Made by a program: the position numbers and the translations under genes. Below, one piece after another: positions 26,933 to 36,027 of a stretch of 64,000 nucleotides of DNA. The notes under the pieces were generated by a model. It was not told the origin of the DNA, made no database searches, and worked only from the letters and a program-made list of their open reading frames with translations. The stretch is taken from assembly GCA_030619715.1 (NCBI GenBank), contig JAUXAW010000001.1:3195-67194 (forward strand), in the 5' to 3' direction. The DNA comes from a candidate division WWE3 bacterium (GTDB lineage Bacteria > Patescibacteriota > WWE3 > JAUXAW01). Each line of letters begins with the position of its first letter. Position 1 is the stretch's first letter.

Positions 26933-27162
26933 TAAGAAGGAAAATGGGATAAGACGATGGAGAGAGGCCCAGGAGGGCTTTTGGTAGAAGGACGCGAAAC
27001 GCTCGTTTCTTTCCATCAGAAGCCTTTAAGGTTCTTCGAAAGTCACAAAACAGAAAGTGAGGAAAATTGCTAAAATTGCGGTTAGCAGCCGCCGGAGGCT
27101 CTCAAATCCAAAACCGAGAGCTTCTGTAAAAATCCTGGCGAGATGCCAGGAAAAGGGGCAAA

Positions 27163-27426
27163 ATGTCTACTCCAACCTTGTGGAGGGAGGACTGGGGGGA
27201 GTACTCCTTCCGCCCGCCGTGTGGGCACGCCGGTGGCGGTGCAGGTGACCAAATCCCCCACGACGAGGTGGACGAGACTGGTACATGGACATGTCCTGTG
27301 TGTGGGCTGTCCATCCAGATAACAGGCTCGTCCCCCGTGCCAAGTGACAACTGGAGTGACTCCAATGATGCCCTCGTCACTTGGCCGGATGGAAGGTTAG
27401 AACTATTTGCAGTTCACGATGTCTAA
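27163..27426 (+). CDS. Small GC-rich protein with a zinc-ribbon-like CxH...CPVCG motif, 87 aa.
   Basis: ATG preceded by GGGG. A hairpin CTGGC-gagat-GCCAG lies just upstream. GC about 60%. The only plus-strand gene inside a minus-strand glycosyltransferase run. Confidence 0.45.
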   Translation: MSTPTLWREDWGEYSFRPPCGHAGGGAGDQIPHDEVDETGTWTCPVCGLSIQITGSSPVPSDNWSDSNDALVTWPDGRLELFAVHDV

Positions 27427-27464
27427 CCTCCTTAATAACCGTATTCGCCTCTTAAGGCGAGTTG

Positions 27465-27533
27465 ACACGCTTAACGTACGGTTACTTAACCAGAAATGGT
27501 TGAGGTTCCGAAAGCGTGTCTTCTTTTGTTTGT
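27465..27533 (+). terminator. Large intrinsic terminator (possibly bidirectional).
   Basis: 9 bp stem GACACGCTT/AAGCGTGTC enclosing an inner hairpin, followed by TTCTTTTGTTTG. Confidence 0.55.
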
Positions 27534-27558
27534 AAGAGGAGGATAGCAAGCAAGCTTG

Positions 27559-28599
27559 TCACTTCAAAACCGATCGGAGAACCGACAGAGTTTCGCGGGC
27601 ACACTTTTCCCAAGAAAATTTTTCCGACTGCAAAAGTCCTTTTTGAATTATTCTCTGATAATTTGAATTATCGAAGTGAAGAACTTTTTTAATTCCCTCG
27701 GCGATGCTTTCAACACCGAAAGGGTCAACATAGACAACGGCGTCACCACCAACCTCAGGCAGCGAAGAAGCGTTGGAGGTCACCACCGGAGTTCCGCAGG
27801 CCATCGCTTCCAAAACCGGGAAACCAAAACCCTCGTAATAAGACGGATAAACAAAAACCAGGGCCTTTCGATAAAGTTCGACCAAATCTTTCCGCGCCAC
27901 AAACCCCGGAAACTCCACTGTATCTTCAATACCCAACTTCCTAACTTTCGCTCTAATCATTTTAGTTTCAATTTTATCTTTATTAACAAACTGCCCTCCG
28001 GGCATTATTAATTTCAGCTTTGAGATTTGAGTTGTGGATTTGAGTTTTGAGTTTTGAGTTTTGAGATTGGCGAAAGCCTGTACGAGCCTGAGTATGTTCT
28101 TATTCACCTCCACCCCACCTACAAACAAAATATAATTTCCCCTTTCTTCTTTAGGGACAGGATCCTGCGTTCTAAACTCCTCATCAACTCCCAAATAGAC
28201 CCGATGGACGGCGTCTGCACCAACCCCCACAGATCTGACTACATCCTTCTTCGTATTATCAGAATTGACAAGAATCGCGTCAGCCTTTTTCACGCTCCGC
28301 AACTTCCATCGGTAAAGAAGTCCTTTTAAAAAATTGGCTAGGACCCCTTTTTCGGAAAAACGTTTAGTGGCCAGGGGAACAAGGTCGTGAATCATCAAAA
28401 CTCTAGGGCAAGAAACTCGCGGAAACCCGTCCCAAAAGTTGGGCTGTAGAAAAACATCCACTTTAGAAAAATCCCTCGTCTCAATCCTGACATCCGGATC
28501 AACTTTCGGCAACCACTCAATAATATGTTCGGTATAATTCCCAATCCCGCGGCCTTTATATTGATTTTTCGTTGTCCGATCATCAATGCCAATAATCAT
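27559..28599 (-). CDS. GT4-family glycosyltransferase.
   Basis: EGFGFPVLEAMACGTPVVTSNASSLPEV. Start probably MIIGIDD at 28599 (track start 28644). Contains the heptamer repeat at 28018-28072. Confidence 0.8.
   Translation of the reverse strand: MIIGIDDRTTKNQYKGRGIGNYTEHIIEWLPKVDPDVRIETRDFSKVDVFLQPNFWDGFPRVSCPRVLMIHDLVPLATKRFSEKGVLANFLKGLLYRWKLRSVKKADAILVNSDNTKKDVVRSVGVGADAVHRVYLGVDEEFRTQDPVPKEERGNYILFVGGVEVNKNILRLVQAFANLKTQNSKLKSTTQISKLKLIMPGGQFVNKDKIETKMIRAKVRKLGIEDTVEFPGFVARKDLVELYRKALVFVYPSYYEGFGFPVLEAMACGTPVVTSNASSLPEVGGDAVVYVDPFGVESIAEGIKKVLHFDNSNYQRIIQKGLLQSEKFSWEKCARETLSVLRSVLK
28018..28072. repeat. Imperfect heptanucleotide repeat tract (TTTGAGA/TTTGAGT/TGTGGAT, about 7.5 units) inside the GT4 gene.
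   Basis: tttgagatttgagttgtggatttgagttttgagttttgagttttgagatt. It encodes LKTQNSKLKSTTQISKLK. Confidence 0.85.
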
Positions 28600-29744
28600 A
28601 AAAACATTAAAGCATTTAATACCTTCTCGGCTGTTTTTTTCCAACTAAACTTTTTCGCCTGCTGCAAACCCCCTTCAATCAAATCCTGACGATCACCAGC
28701 CAGAACCTTCTCCATCGCCTCGGTAAGCTCGTCTATACTCTGAGGTTTGACCAAAATTCCCGCATCGCCTACAACCTCCGGAATTGAGGTGGTGTTGGCC
28801 GCAATTACCGGACAGCCGCAGGACATCGCCTCAAGAACCGTCAGACCGAAGCCCTCATGAAAACTGGGATGGACTAGCGCCACCGCCTCGTTCAAAATCG
28901 CCGCCACCTCCCGGTCATCCTCAATCCTTCCGGTTAAGATAACATCATTTTGTAACTTAAGTTTCTTAAGAAGATTAAGAAGATTCCGAGAGTCTTGATC
29001 CCTCCCCTTCGCATCCACCGACCCAATTAAAACCAACGTGGGATGAGAACCGATCCGCCTTTGGCGGATGAGATTAGCAAACGCCCGAAGGAGCGTTTGC
29101 AAATTCTTGTGCGGTCGAAAATTTCCCAGATAAACAAAAAATGGCTTTGAGATTCCATACTTGTCAAGGACCTGCCTGCCGGCAGGCAGGGCTTCGCTCT
29201 TGACATCACCGTCGTTGATGGGTTCGTAGGCCTCACTCGCTGCGCCGCGAATATTAATAATCCTACCCTCCTCCACCCCCAAAAATTCTTTTATGTCACT
29301 TTTCACAAACTCAGAAATGGTAAAAATTACCGCCGCTCTTTTGGCCACCAACTTCGAAACAAACACATCGTACAATCTCGCCTTCGGCGAGGCAATTTCC
29401 GGGTACCGGCGGTAAAGAAGATCGTAGATTGTCAGCGCATATTTTTCCCGCAAAAAAAGAGAAGCCCCCCAGGGAGTTGTCCAAAATAAATCTAGTTTGA
29501 GTTTTGAGATTTCCAACGGAAGCGAAAAATGCTGGTGAAAAGAATTCGGCTTTGATCTGACCACAGCGAACTCAAACTGCGGTTGATTCTCTGACCAAGC
29601 TTCCATTTTATTTCCAGGATTCCCAACGAGAACAAATGTATGACCTGACCGCAACCTTGCTAGAGCCTTAATCAGATTCTCCCGATAATTCCCGATCCCG
29701 GTCGGAAAATCCTGAATCATCCGCACATCAATTCCAATTTTCAT
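28596..29744 (-). CDS. GT4-family glycosyltransferase.
   Basis: HEGFGLTVLEAMSCGCPVIAANTTSIPEVVGDAG. Confidence 0.8.
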   Translation of the reverse strand: MKIGIDVRMIQDFPTGIGNYRENLIKALARLRSGHTFVLVGNPGNKMEAWSENQPQFEFAVVRSKPNSFHQHFSLPLEISKLKLDLFWTTPWGASLFLREKYALTIYDLLYRRYPEIASPKARLYDVFVSKLVAKRAAVIFTISEFVKSDIKEFLGVEEGRIINIRGAASEAYEPINDGDVKSEALPAGRQVLDKYGISKPFFVYLGNFRPHKNLQTLLRAFANLIRQRRIGSHPTLVLIGSVDAKGRDQDSRNLLNLLKKLKLQNDVILTGRIEDDREVAAILNEAVALVHPSFHEGFGLTVLEAMSCGCPVIAANTTSIPEVVGDAGILVKPQSIDELTEAMEKVLAGDRQDLIEGGLQQAKKFSWKKTAEKVLNALMFL

Positions 29745-30646
29745 AACCGAGACAACCGCACCTTCTCCATCAACTTAATGCCCCCAAGAACCAAACAATC
29801 AATCACCGCCGGATACTTTTGCCGGTAATGTTTGTTGTAAAAAATCCGCATCGCATCGGTTGAAGCCTCTAGGACCCGACGCTTAGATTCCTTGGTTGCT
29901 GTTGTGACCTTCTGAGAAGACTTTTTTATTCCCGATGAGGCACCTTTGTGATGGATAATTTTTGCATCGGGATAAAACATCACCTTCCATCCCTTCTCTT
30001 TGAAGCGGTAGCACCAATCCAAATCCTCGCCGTAAAAAAAGAAGTCTTCGTCCCAAATCCCAACCTCCTTCATCGCCTTGCGTCGCACCATCATAAAGGC
30101 CCCACAACAGGCATCAATTTCGTGAGTTTTTCCCAGATCTTTCCAGGTCTGATGATACTGACCAAACAATTTTGACCTAGGGAACAGTTTTTCCAGTTTG
30201 GTAAAGAAACAAAAAGAAGCCCAAGGAGTCGGAAACCCACGATGGCAATCGGGATCCATCCCCCCACTGGTCAGCTCAACAAAACAGGTCGAAACCCCAA
30301 CTTCAGGATTACCATCCATAAACTGGATTATGGTTGGTAGAGTTTTCTCGGGAACAGCCGTGTCCGGATTGAGAAACAAAAGATACCGTCCCGAAGATTC
30401 TTTGATGGCAAGGTTGTTCGCCTTAGCAAATCCCAAGTTTTTCTTGTTAACAATGAGTTTGACCTGGGGGAAAATCCGCTTGACCATCCCCGTCGAGCCG
30501 TCCCACGATGCATTATCCACCACAAAAATCTCCATTCGCTTATTCGCGTTCATTGGCTCCTCATTCGCTAACATTAGCGTGTTTAAACATTCGCGCAATA
30601 AATCATTGGTATTAAAATTAACAATAATTACCGAAAGGTCTGTCAT
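29741..30646 (-). CDS. GT2-family glycosyltransferase.
   Basis: LSVIIVNFNTNDLL...VVDNASWDGS. DxD region. Confidence 0.8.
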   Translation of the reverse strand: MTDLSVIIVNFNTNDLLRECLNTLMLANEEPMNANKRMEIFVVDNASWDGSTGMVKRIFPQVKLIVNKKNLGFAKANNLAIKESSGRYLLFLNPDTAVPEKTLPTIIQFMDGNPEVGVSTCFVELTSGGMDPDCHRGFPTPWASFCFFTKLEKLFPRSKLFGQYHQTWKDLGKTHEIDACCGAFMMVRRKAMKEVGIWDEDFFFYGEDLDWCYRFKEKGWKVMFYPDAKIIHHKGASSGIKKSSQKVTTATKESKRRVLEASTDAMRIFYNKHYRQKYPAVIDCLVLGGIKLMEKVRLSRL

Positions 30647-31764
30647 ATCCCCTCGAATACTTTAAGGGTTTCTCGAGCCGCCTTCTCCCACGAAAACCGT
30701 TTCAAATTTTCAAAGCCCTTCTTAATCATTTCTGCTTTTAGTTTATCATCAGTTAAAATTCTCCGCATTGCTTCAGCAAGCTCCTTTATGTCGTCAGGAT
30801 CAACAAAAAGGGCCGCGTCTCCCCCCACCTCGGGCATAGAGGAGATGTTTGAGGTAATTACCGGACAACCACAGGCCTGGGCCTCAAGAATCGGCAAACC
30901 AAAACCTTCATAAAATGAGGGCAGGACAAAAAGGTCGGCTAGATTATAAAGGGCGGGCAAATCGGCCTCGAGGATAAAATCGGTAAAAATTATCTCTTTG
31001 TCCATTCCTAAATCTTCAATCACCTGAAAAATCTCCTTGTTTTTCCAGCCATAACTTCTCCCCCCGCCAATGACCAGTTTATGGGAAAGGTTGGTACCTT
31101 CCTTAAATCTTGAAAAGGCCCTAACCAACCCCGGAATATTTTTTCTCGGCTCCAAAACCCCTATAAATAGAATGAATTGGCGGGGGAGATTATATTTTGT
31201 TCTGATGCCAGAAAGTTTCTTTTGGTCTTCGACAACCCGAAATGCCAAGCTCGTTCCTAAATGTGTGACCGCGATTTTATCCTCAGGGACTTTTAAAATC
31301 TTGATCAAATCTTTTTTTGTACTTTGGGAAATGACGATAACCCTCTCGGTTTGTCTGACTGCTAGAGGTATAAGAGTCCGAAAATAGAGCTGTTTAATCC
31401 AAATATGCTTCTTCCGGTGCTTAAACCAAGTGAGGTCCAAAATAGCCACCACCTGCTTGCAAGTCTTAAACAAGGGAACGGTAAACGCGGGACCGTAGAA
31501 TATATCAACTTTCTCACGCTTTAAGTCAAAGGGTAAAAGTGTTTGCTCCCACAAAAGCCGCAACGCCCTATTGGAGGGAACAAATTTTAATTTAACCCGA
31601 GGATTGCCCTTAACTTCAAAATATTGGGCATTGAGATCGGAAACATAAAGCAGATACTGATTCCTAGTGTCAATCTTTAAAAGGGCGTTGACCAAGCTCC
31701 CTATATACCGCCCCATTCCGTGTTTTAAAGACTTCATCGCCAAAGTATTAATGGCTATTTTCAT
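30643..31764 (-). CDS. GT4-family glycosyltransferase.
   Basis: YEGFGLPILEAQACGCPVITSNISSMPEVGGDAA. Confidence 0.8.
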   Translation of the reverse strand: MKIAINTLAMKSLKHGMGRYIGSLVNALLKIDTRNQYLLYVSDLNAQYFEVKGNPRVKLKFVPSNRALRLLWEQTLLPFDLKREKVDIFYGPAFTVPLFKTCKQVVAILDLTWFKHRKKHIWIKQLYFRTLIPLAVRQTERVIVISQSTKKDLIKILKVPEDKIAVTHLGTSLAFRVVEDQKKLSGIRTKYNLPRQFILFIGVLEPRKNIPGLVRAFSRFKEGTNLSHKLVIGGGRSYGWKNKEIFQVIEDLGMDKEIIFTDFILEADLPALYNLADLFVLPSFYEGFGLPILEAQACGCPVITSNISSMPEVGGDAALFVDPDDIKELAEAMRRILTDDKLKAEMIKKGFENLKRFSWEKAARETLKVFEGI

Positions 31765-33242
31765 ACTTCCTCCTTAACTCCTAGCGAGGTGCCAACAAGG
31801 TACCAAAACAAAAAGGCAATTTTTGAGGCCCGAAAGATATCGGCAAAGACGGCGTTGGCCGCTAACCCGATGGTGACGGAAATTATGGCAAAGGCCAATA
31901 CCCTTGATTGGTGGTCTTCTAATCTTCTTACTTTCTTAAGCATCTCCGCCATAATTTTCCTAAGAAGGGCAATAAAAACGGCCAGCCCAAGTATCCCCGT
32001 TTCCCCCAGCAAGGTCGCGTACTCTCCGTCCAAACCAATGCCCACAGACCCCATTCCCCCTCCCAACAAAGGATTCTTCCTTACCTTAGCAAGCGCCCGG
32101 GGCCAAGTTTCACTAAGGCGCCAGCGTAAACTAGGATCCGCTTCCTTCACTTTTTCCAAAAGAAGAGAACCCCTCTCCTCAATCCCTTTTACGAAAGCTC
32201 TCCTTCTCTCATTAACCTCGTCCACAAAAACAGAAACTCTTTTTTTAATGTTACCGGCAAGATTAAAGGTTTCCTCGGGGACTCCCTCCTCCTCCTTCTC
32301 TTCCACAGCAGTTATGGGGAAAGACGGCTCTCTAGCTTCCTCTTGGAGTTCTTTTTCTTGCAGAATCTGCCTAGCCATTTCTTCTTCCCTAAAACTCTCA
32401 AAAGTTCCGGCCAAAAGTTGAAATCTCATAACGAGGGGTTTGGAAACAAAAAGGGGCATTATTAAAGTCATCAAGGCCAAAGCACCGACGGTTAACTTAT
32501 GCTTTAGTTCGCGGCGGGCTAAACTCAAACTAAGGACGGCCAAAAACGAACAAATAACCGGAAAGCGCGCTCCAGAAAAACCCATCGTCATTATGGCCGC
32601 CACCAAAGCGGCAAAATAAAAAAGTTTTAGCCTGCGGTTTTTGGTAATGACAAAGATACCGGCCGCAATCGGAATCAGAACGATCAAAAAGCCCGCCAGT
32701 TCATAAGGCCCGGAGAAACTAGCAAAGGCGCGGTCTGTTCCCTTAATATAAGTGTATTGGTAAAAACCGCCCCCGTAACCTCCCGCGGCGCCCGTAATTT
32801 GGAGCAGGGCCCAAGCGCTGATCAAAATACCGAGGGCTATTAAGACATTAAAACAGACAGAACGGGATTTCTTGGTAGGAGCGGCAGCGTAACCCAGATA
32901 AAAGAGAGCCGCGTACTCCACAAACCGAAGGACAAACAGATAACTGGAAACGGAAAGCTGGTTAAAAACGACGTTGTGCGTGGTGGAAATAAACATTAGA
33001 GAAAGCCAGCCGATAATCAAAATTGAAACGGGCGAAAACAGGGCCCCAAGAATTTTCTTTCGAAAATCTTCATCCCGCCTAAAGAGAACAAAGCCGAACA
33101 AAATGAGGATTAAAAGGAGAAAATCTTCAATCCGCACCGGAGTGGCAAAATTTGATATTTTGATCAGAGAAATCTTAGGGAAAAGGAGGACAAAAGCGAT
33201 GTAGCCAAGAACCAAGTACTGGTAAACTCTACTTTCCTGCAT
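31761..33242 (-). CDS. O-antigen ligase/Wzy-family polytopic membrane protein with a long charged cytoplasmic insert.
   Basis: Multi-TM protein. C-terminal GGGMGSVGIGLDGEYATLLGETGILG resembles the Wzy_C/O-antigen ligase motif. Confidence 0.6.
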   Translation of the reverse strand: MQESRVYQYLVLGYIAFVLLFPKISLIKISNFATPVRIEDFLLLILILFGFVLFRRDEDFRKKILGALFSPVSILIIGWLSLMFISTTHNVVFNQLSVSSYLFVLRFVEYAALFYLGYAAAPTKKSRSVCFNVLIALGILISAWALLQITGAAGGYGGGFYQYTYIKGTDRAFASFSGPYELAGFLIVLIPIAAGIFVITKNRRLKLFYFAALVAAIMTMGFSGARFPVICSFLAVLSLSLARRELKHKLTVGALALMTLIMPLFVSKPLVMRFQLLAGTFESFREEEMARQILQEKELQEEAREPSFPITAVEEKEEEGVPEETFNLAGNIKKRVSVFVDEVNERRRAFVKGIEERGSLLLEKVKEADPSLRWRLSETWPRALAKVRKNPLLGGGMGSVGIGLDGEYATLLGETGILGLAVFIALLRKIMAEMLKKVRRLEDHQSRVLAFAIISVTIGLAANAVFADIFRASKIAFLFWYLVGTSLGVKEEV

Positions 33243-33245
33243 AGG

Positions 33246-34346
33246 TTAGATCGCCGCCTTCCGCACCACCGAAAGCCAGGCCTTTTTCCAATTTTCAAGA
33301 TTGTAAACCGTTGTGACCTCTTTTTGTTGCCGAGCGGCAACACTTTCCCAAGACGAGTAGGTTCCTTCCATTTTTTGAGCCAGACTTTCCGCTGTCGGCT
33401 CGGATTGAACCGTTGGTAAATCGACAAGCCCGTGGACATTGGTGGAAACGGTTGCCACGCCGCAACTCATTGCTTCAAGGGCGGCCAGAGAAGTCCCCTC
33501 CCGCTGCAGCGTGGGAATAACAACCATCTCCGCCGCGGAATAAACATGCCGGATTTTTTTCCATGCAACACTCCCTTTAAAATAAACCTTCGCCCCTAAA
33601 TTTTCCTGGCTGATTAGGTCCTCCAATTCTTTTTTGTATTTTTCGTCAAAGCATACCCCCACCAGAACAAGGTTAGTTTCAGGAAAAGTTTTACTAAAAA
33701 GGGCAAAGGCCTCAATGGCTAAATGGATACCGCGGGGCCTGGAGAGATTGCGGGGAACGAGAATTGTATGATCGGGAAAACTGGGAGCCGGTTCCACGGA
33801 CCTAAAATAATTGGTGTCCACACAGTTGGGAATAAACCATTTGCCCGGCATTATTTTTTCGAACATCTTTTCTTTGGGTTGAATCGCCACTCCCATTTGG
33901 CGAAAATAGTTGGTGTCATTGGCGACCAAATACTTAAAATGCCTAAAAGACCATTTAGCAATTTTAATCTTTAGGCGTTGAGATAAGGAGGTTGGGGGAA
34001 TGTCCCATTCACAGCCATGAGATAAAACGATCACCTTCTTTTTCCACCACAGCGGCAAGGAGTGGAAAGCATAATGGCAAATCAACAAATCTTCCGCCCG
34101 CAATTTACCCCACTTTAAATTCAAAACTAAGTTAAACCACCATAAATCCAAAGCCCTCCCCCCTTTTATAAATGATGGTTTATGAGGTAATAGGCGTAAT
34201 TCCGGATCGCGAACCCCGTTATTAAACTGGTAAACACTCTGCTCGTAACCCTTTTGGGAAAATATTTCGTACAGATTGGCCAAATAGGTCTGAGCCCCTC
34301 CCGTTATTGGTTTGTATTCGGTGGCAATGTGTCCAATTTTCGTCAT
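33246..34346 (-). CDS. GT4-family glycosyltransferase.
   Basis: REGTSLAALEAMSCGVATVSTNVHGLVD. Confidence 0.75.
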   Translation of the reverse strand: MTKIGHIATEYKPITGGAQTYLANLYEIFSQKGYEQSVYQFNNGVRDPELRLLPHKPSFIKGGRALDLWWFNLVLNLKWGKLRAEDLLICHYAFHSLPLWWKKKVIVLSHGCEWDIPPTSLSQRLKIKIAKWSFRHFKYLVANDTNYFRQMGVAIQPKEKMFEKIMPGKWFIPNCVDTNYFRSVEPAPSFPDHTILVPRNLSRPRGIHLAIEAFALFSKTFPETNLVLVGVCFDEKYKKELEDLISQENLGAKVYFKGSVAWKKIRHVYSAAEMVVIPTLQREGTSLAALEAMSCGVATVSTNVHGLVDLPTVQSEPTAESLAQKMEGTYSSWESVAARQQKEVTTVYNLENWKKAWLSVVRKAAI

Positions 34347-35086
34347 AAACCCCCTTTAATCAACCGGTTCCTCCTCCATAAATAATAAGACAAATAGAGA
34401 GCATTAACAAACCCCAGCCAACCATCCAGAAAACCAAGTTTTCTAAAATAAATGTTCGGAAACCGCAAAAACGGTTTTAATTCATTATAGAGAGTCACAT
34501 TAGAGCCGCTTTTTAAAAATTCTTGCGCTTCCAAAGCTGAATACTCCCTTACCTTCTCCAAGAGGGCTTTTCTATTTTTATAGGTATAGTGGATAATGGG
34601 GTGATCAAGGTATCCTGCCTTCTCTATCTCAACTCGCTCATGGACGGCTCCGTCAAATTCCCCTCCGAAACGACCTTTTGATTTTCTAAACAATCGCAGA
34701 TGCCAATCATTCTGCATTCCCCCAAAACGAAGCCGCTTATCTCCAATGTAAGTAGTAAAAAGAATATAGTATCCATCGTGTTGAGGATTTTCTAAGACTT
34801 TTTGGATCTCTTCAGCCAACTCTGACGGTACTCGCTCGTCCGCATCAAGACTTAGTATCCAGTCGTTTGACGCCTCTCTTATTCCAAAATTTTTTTGTCC
34901 CCCATACCCAAGCCACTCCTGCAGATAAACCTTCTCGGTGAAACGCCGTGCCACTTCTGCGGTTTTATCCGTGGTTCTGGCGTCAACAACAACAATCTTC
35001 TCCTCACACCAAGAAACCGACTCTAAACACTCAGCAATTTGCGTCTCTTCGTTTTTGGCAATAATAACGGCGGAAATTTGATTCAT
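34343..35086 (-). CDS. GT2-family glycosyltransferase.
   Basis: ISAVIIAKNEETQIAECLESV...VVVDARTTDKT. Confidence 0.8.
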   Translation of the reverse strand: MNQISAVIIAKNEETQIAECLESVSWCEEKIVVVDARTTDKTAEVARRFTEKVYLQEWLGYGGQKNFGIREASNDWILSLDADERVPSELAEEIQKVLENPQHDGYYILFTTYIGDKRLRFGGMQNDWHLRLFRKSKGRFGGEFDGAVHERVEIEKAGYLDHPIIHYTYKNRKALLEKVREYSALEAQEFLKSGSNVTLYNELKPFLRFPNIYFRKLGFLDGWLGFVNALYLSYYLWRRNRLIKGGL

Positions 35087-35088
35087 CT

Positions 35089-36009
35089 CTACCTCTTAAA
35101 TACTCCCCTCACAAAACCGAATATGTCAGCTAAATCTTTAACCACGATTACCGGTGGGACATAAAGAAGCCATTTCAAGGGCAGTTTTTTCTTCCACATG
35201 TGGCGGCTGCGGCGGAGCCAGTAGAGAAAAAGAATTGCGGTCAGAAACAAAAACGAAATTGGCTCAACCACAGTAAAAATCAGCAGCAAAAACAAAAAAA
35301 GATAGAAAAGAATTTTTCTAAGATAGCTTGGAGCGTGAATCAGGTCAATTCCATCTCCAATGGCGTAATTGTAATATTGTTTAAAAAAACCTCGCAGGTC
35401 TGAACGAGGACGCCAGTAAACGATGGCTTTGGGAGCAAATAAAAACTCGTAACCAGCTTCTTTAAGAGATAAATCAAAAGGCGTGTCCTCGTTATAAGAG
35501 GTATGCTCGGGATAGCCCCCGACTTTTTCCCAAGCTTCTTTTTTGAAAGCAATTGACCGACTGGAAGGAAGCCAAGTTTTAGGATCAATTTGGTCGTGGT
35601 CAGAGAGCATCAGCATCGCCGAAACCTCCTCAAAAAACGACTGGGGCGCGCTTTTGAAAAAGCCGCCGACTACTTGTGTACTGGGGTCTTTTTCAAAGGG
35701 TTCGATCAAATAACGCAACCAGTTTTTGTCGGCAACGGTGCCCACATCGGTCACCGCAATTATTGAACTTCGGGCCTGTCTAATCGCTTCATTACGACCC
35801 ACCGAACGGTTGCCCGGTTTGATAACCAGTTTAATCCGCCTATCTCTGGCAGCGTATTCCTGAATTATCTCAATCGTCCCATCGGTCGACCCCCCATCGC
35901 AAATTATCAGTTCGTCTATAGGGTAGGTTTGATTTAAAATCCCCATCATAAAGGACTTTATACTTTTCGCCTCGTTCTTTTCAGTAGTAATAACCGATAT
36001 TTTAAGCAT
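35089..36009 (-). CDS. GT2-family glycosyltransferase with a C-terminal TM anchor.
   Basis: ISVITTEKNEAKSIKSF...ICDGGSTDGT. C-terminal hydrophobic segment. Confidence 0.8.
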   Translation of the reverse strand: MLKISVITTEKNEAKSIKSFMMGILNQTYPIDELIICDGGSTDGTIEIIQEYAARDRRIKLVIKPGNRSVGRNEAIRQARSSIIAVTDVGTVADKNWLRYLIEPFEKDPSTQVVGGFFKSAPQSFFEEVSAMLMLSDHDQIDPKTWLPSSRSIAFKKEAWEKVGGYPEHTSYNEDTPFDLSLKEAGYEFLFAPKAIVYWRPRSDLRGFFKQYYNYAIGDGIDLIHAPSYLRKILFYLFLFLLLIFTVVEPISFLFLTAILFLYWLRRSRHMWKKKLPLKWLLYVPPVIVVKDLADIFGFVRGVFKR

Positions 36010-36027
36010 TTGGTGAAATTAAAAGTG

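Noticed and set aside
12651-28072. Possibility that the heptamer tandem repeats are a CRISPR array.
   Set aside because: Units are 7 bp with no spacers and lie in-frame inside coding sequences. No cas genes.
31789-32421. 210-aa plus-strand ORF rich in Ser/Ala.
   Set aside because: Antisense to the Wzy/O-antigen-ligase-like gene. Low complexity. No start context.
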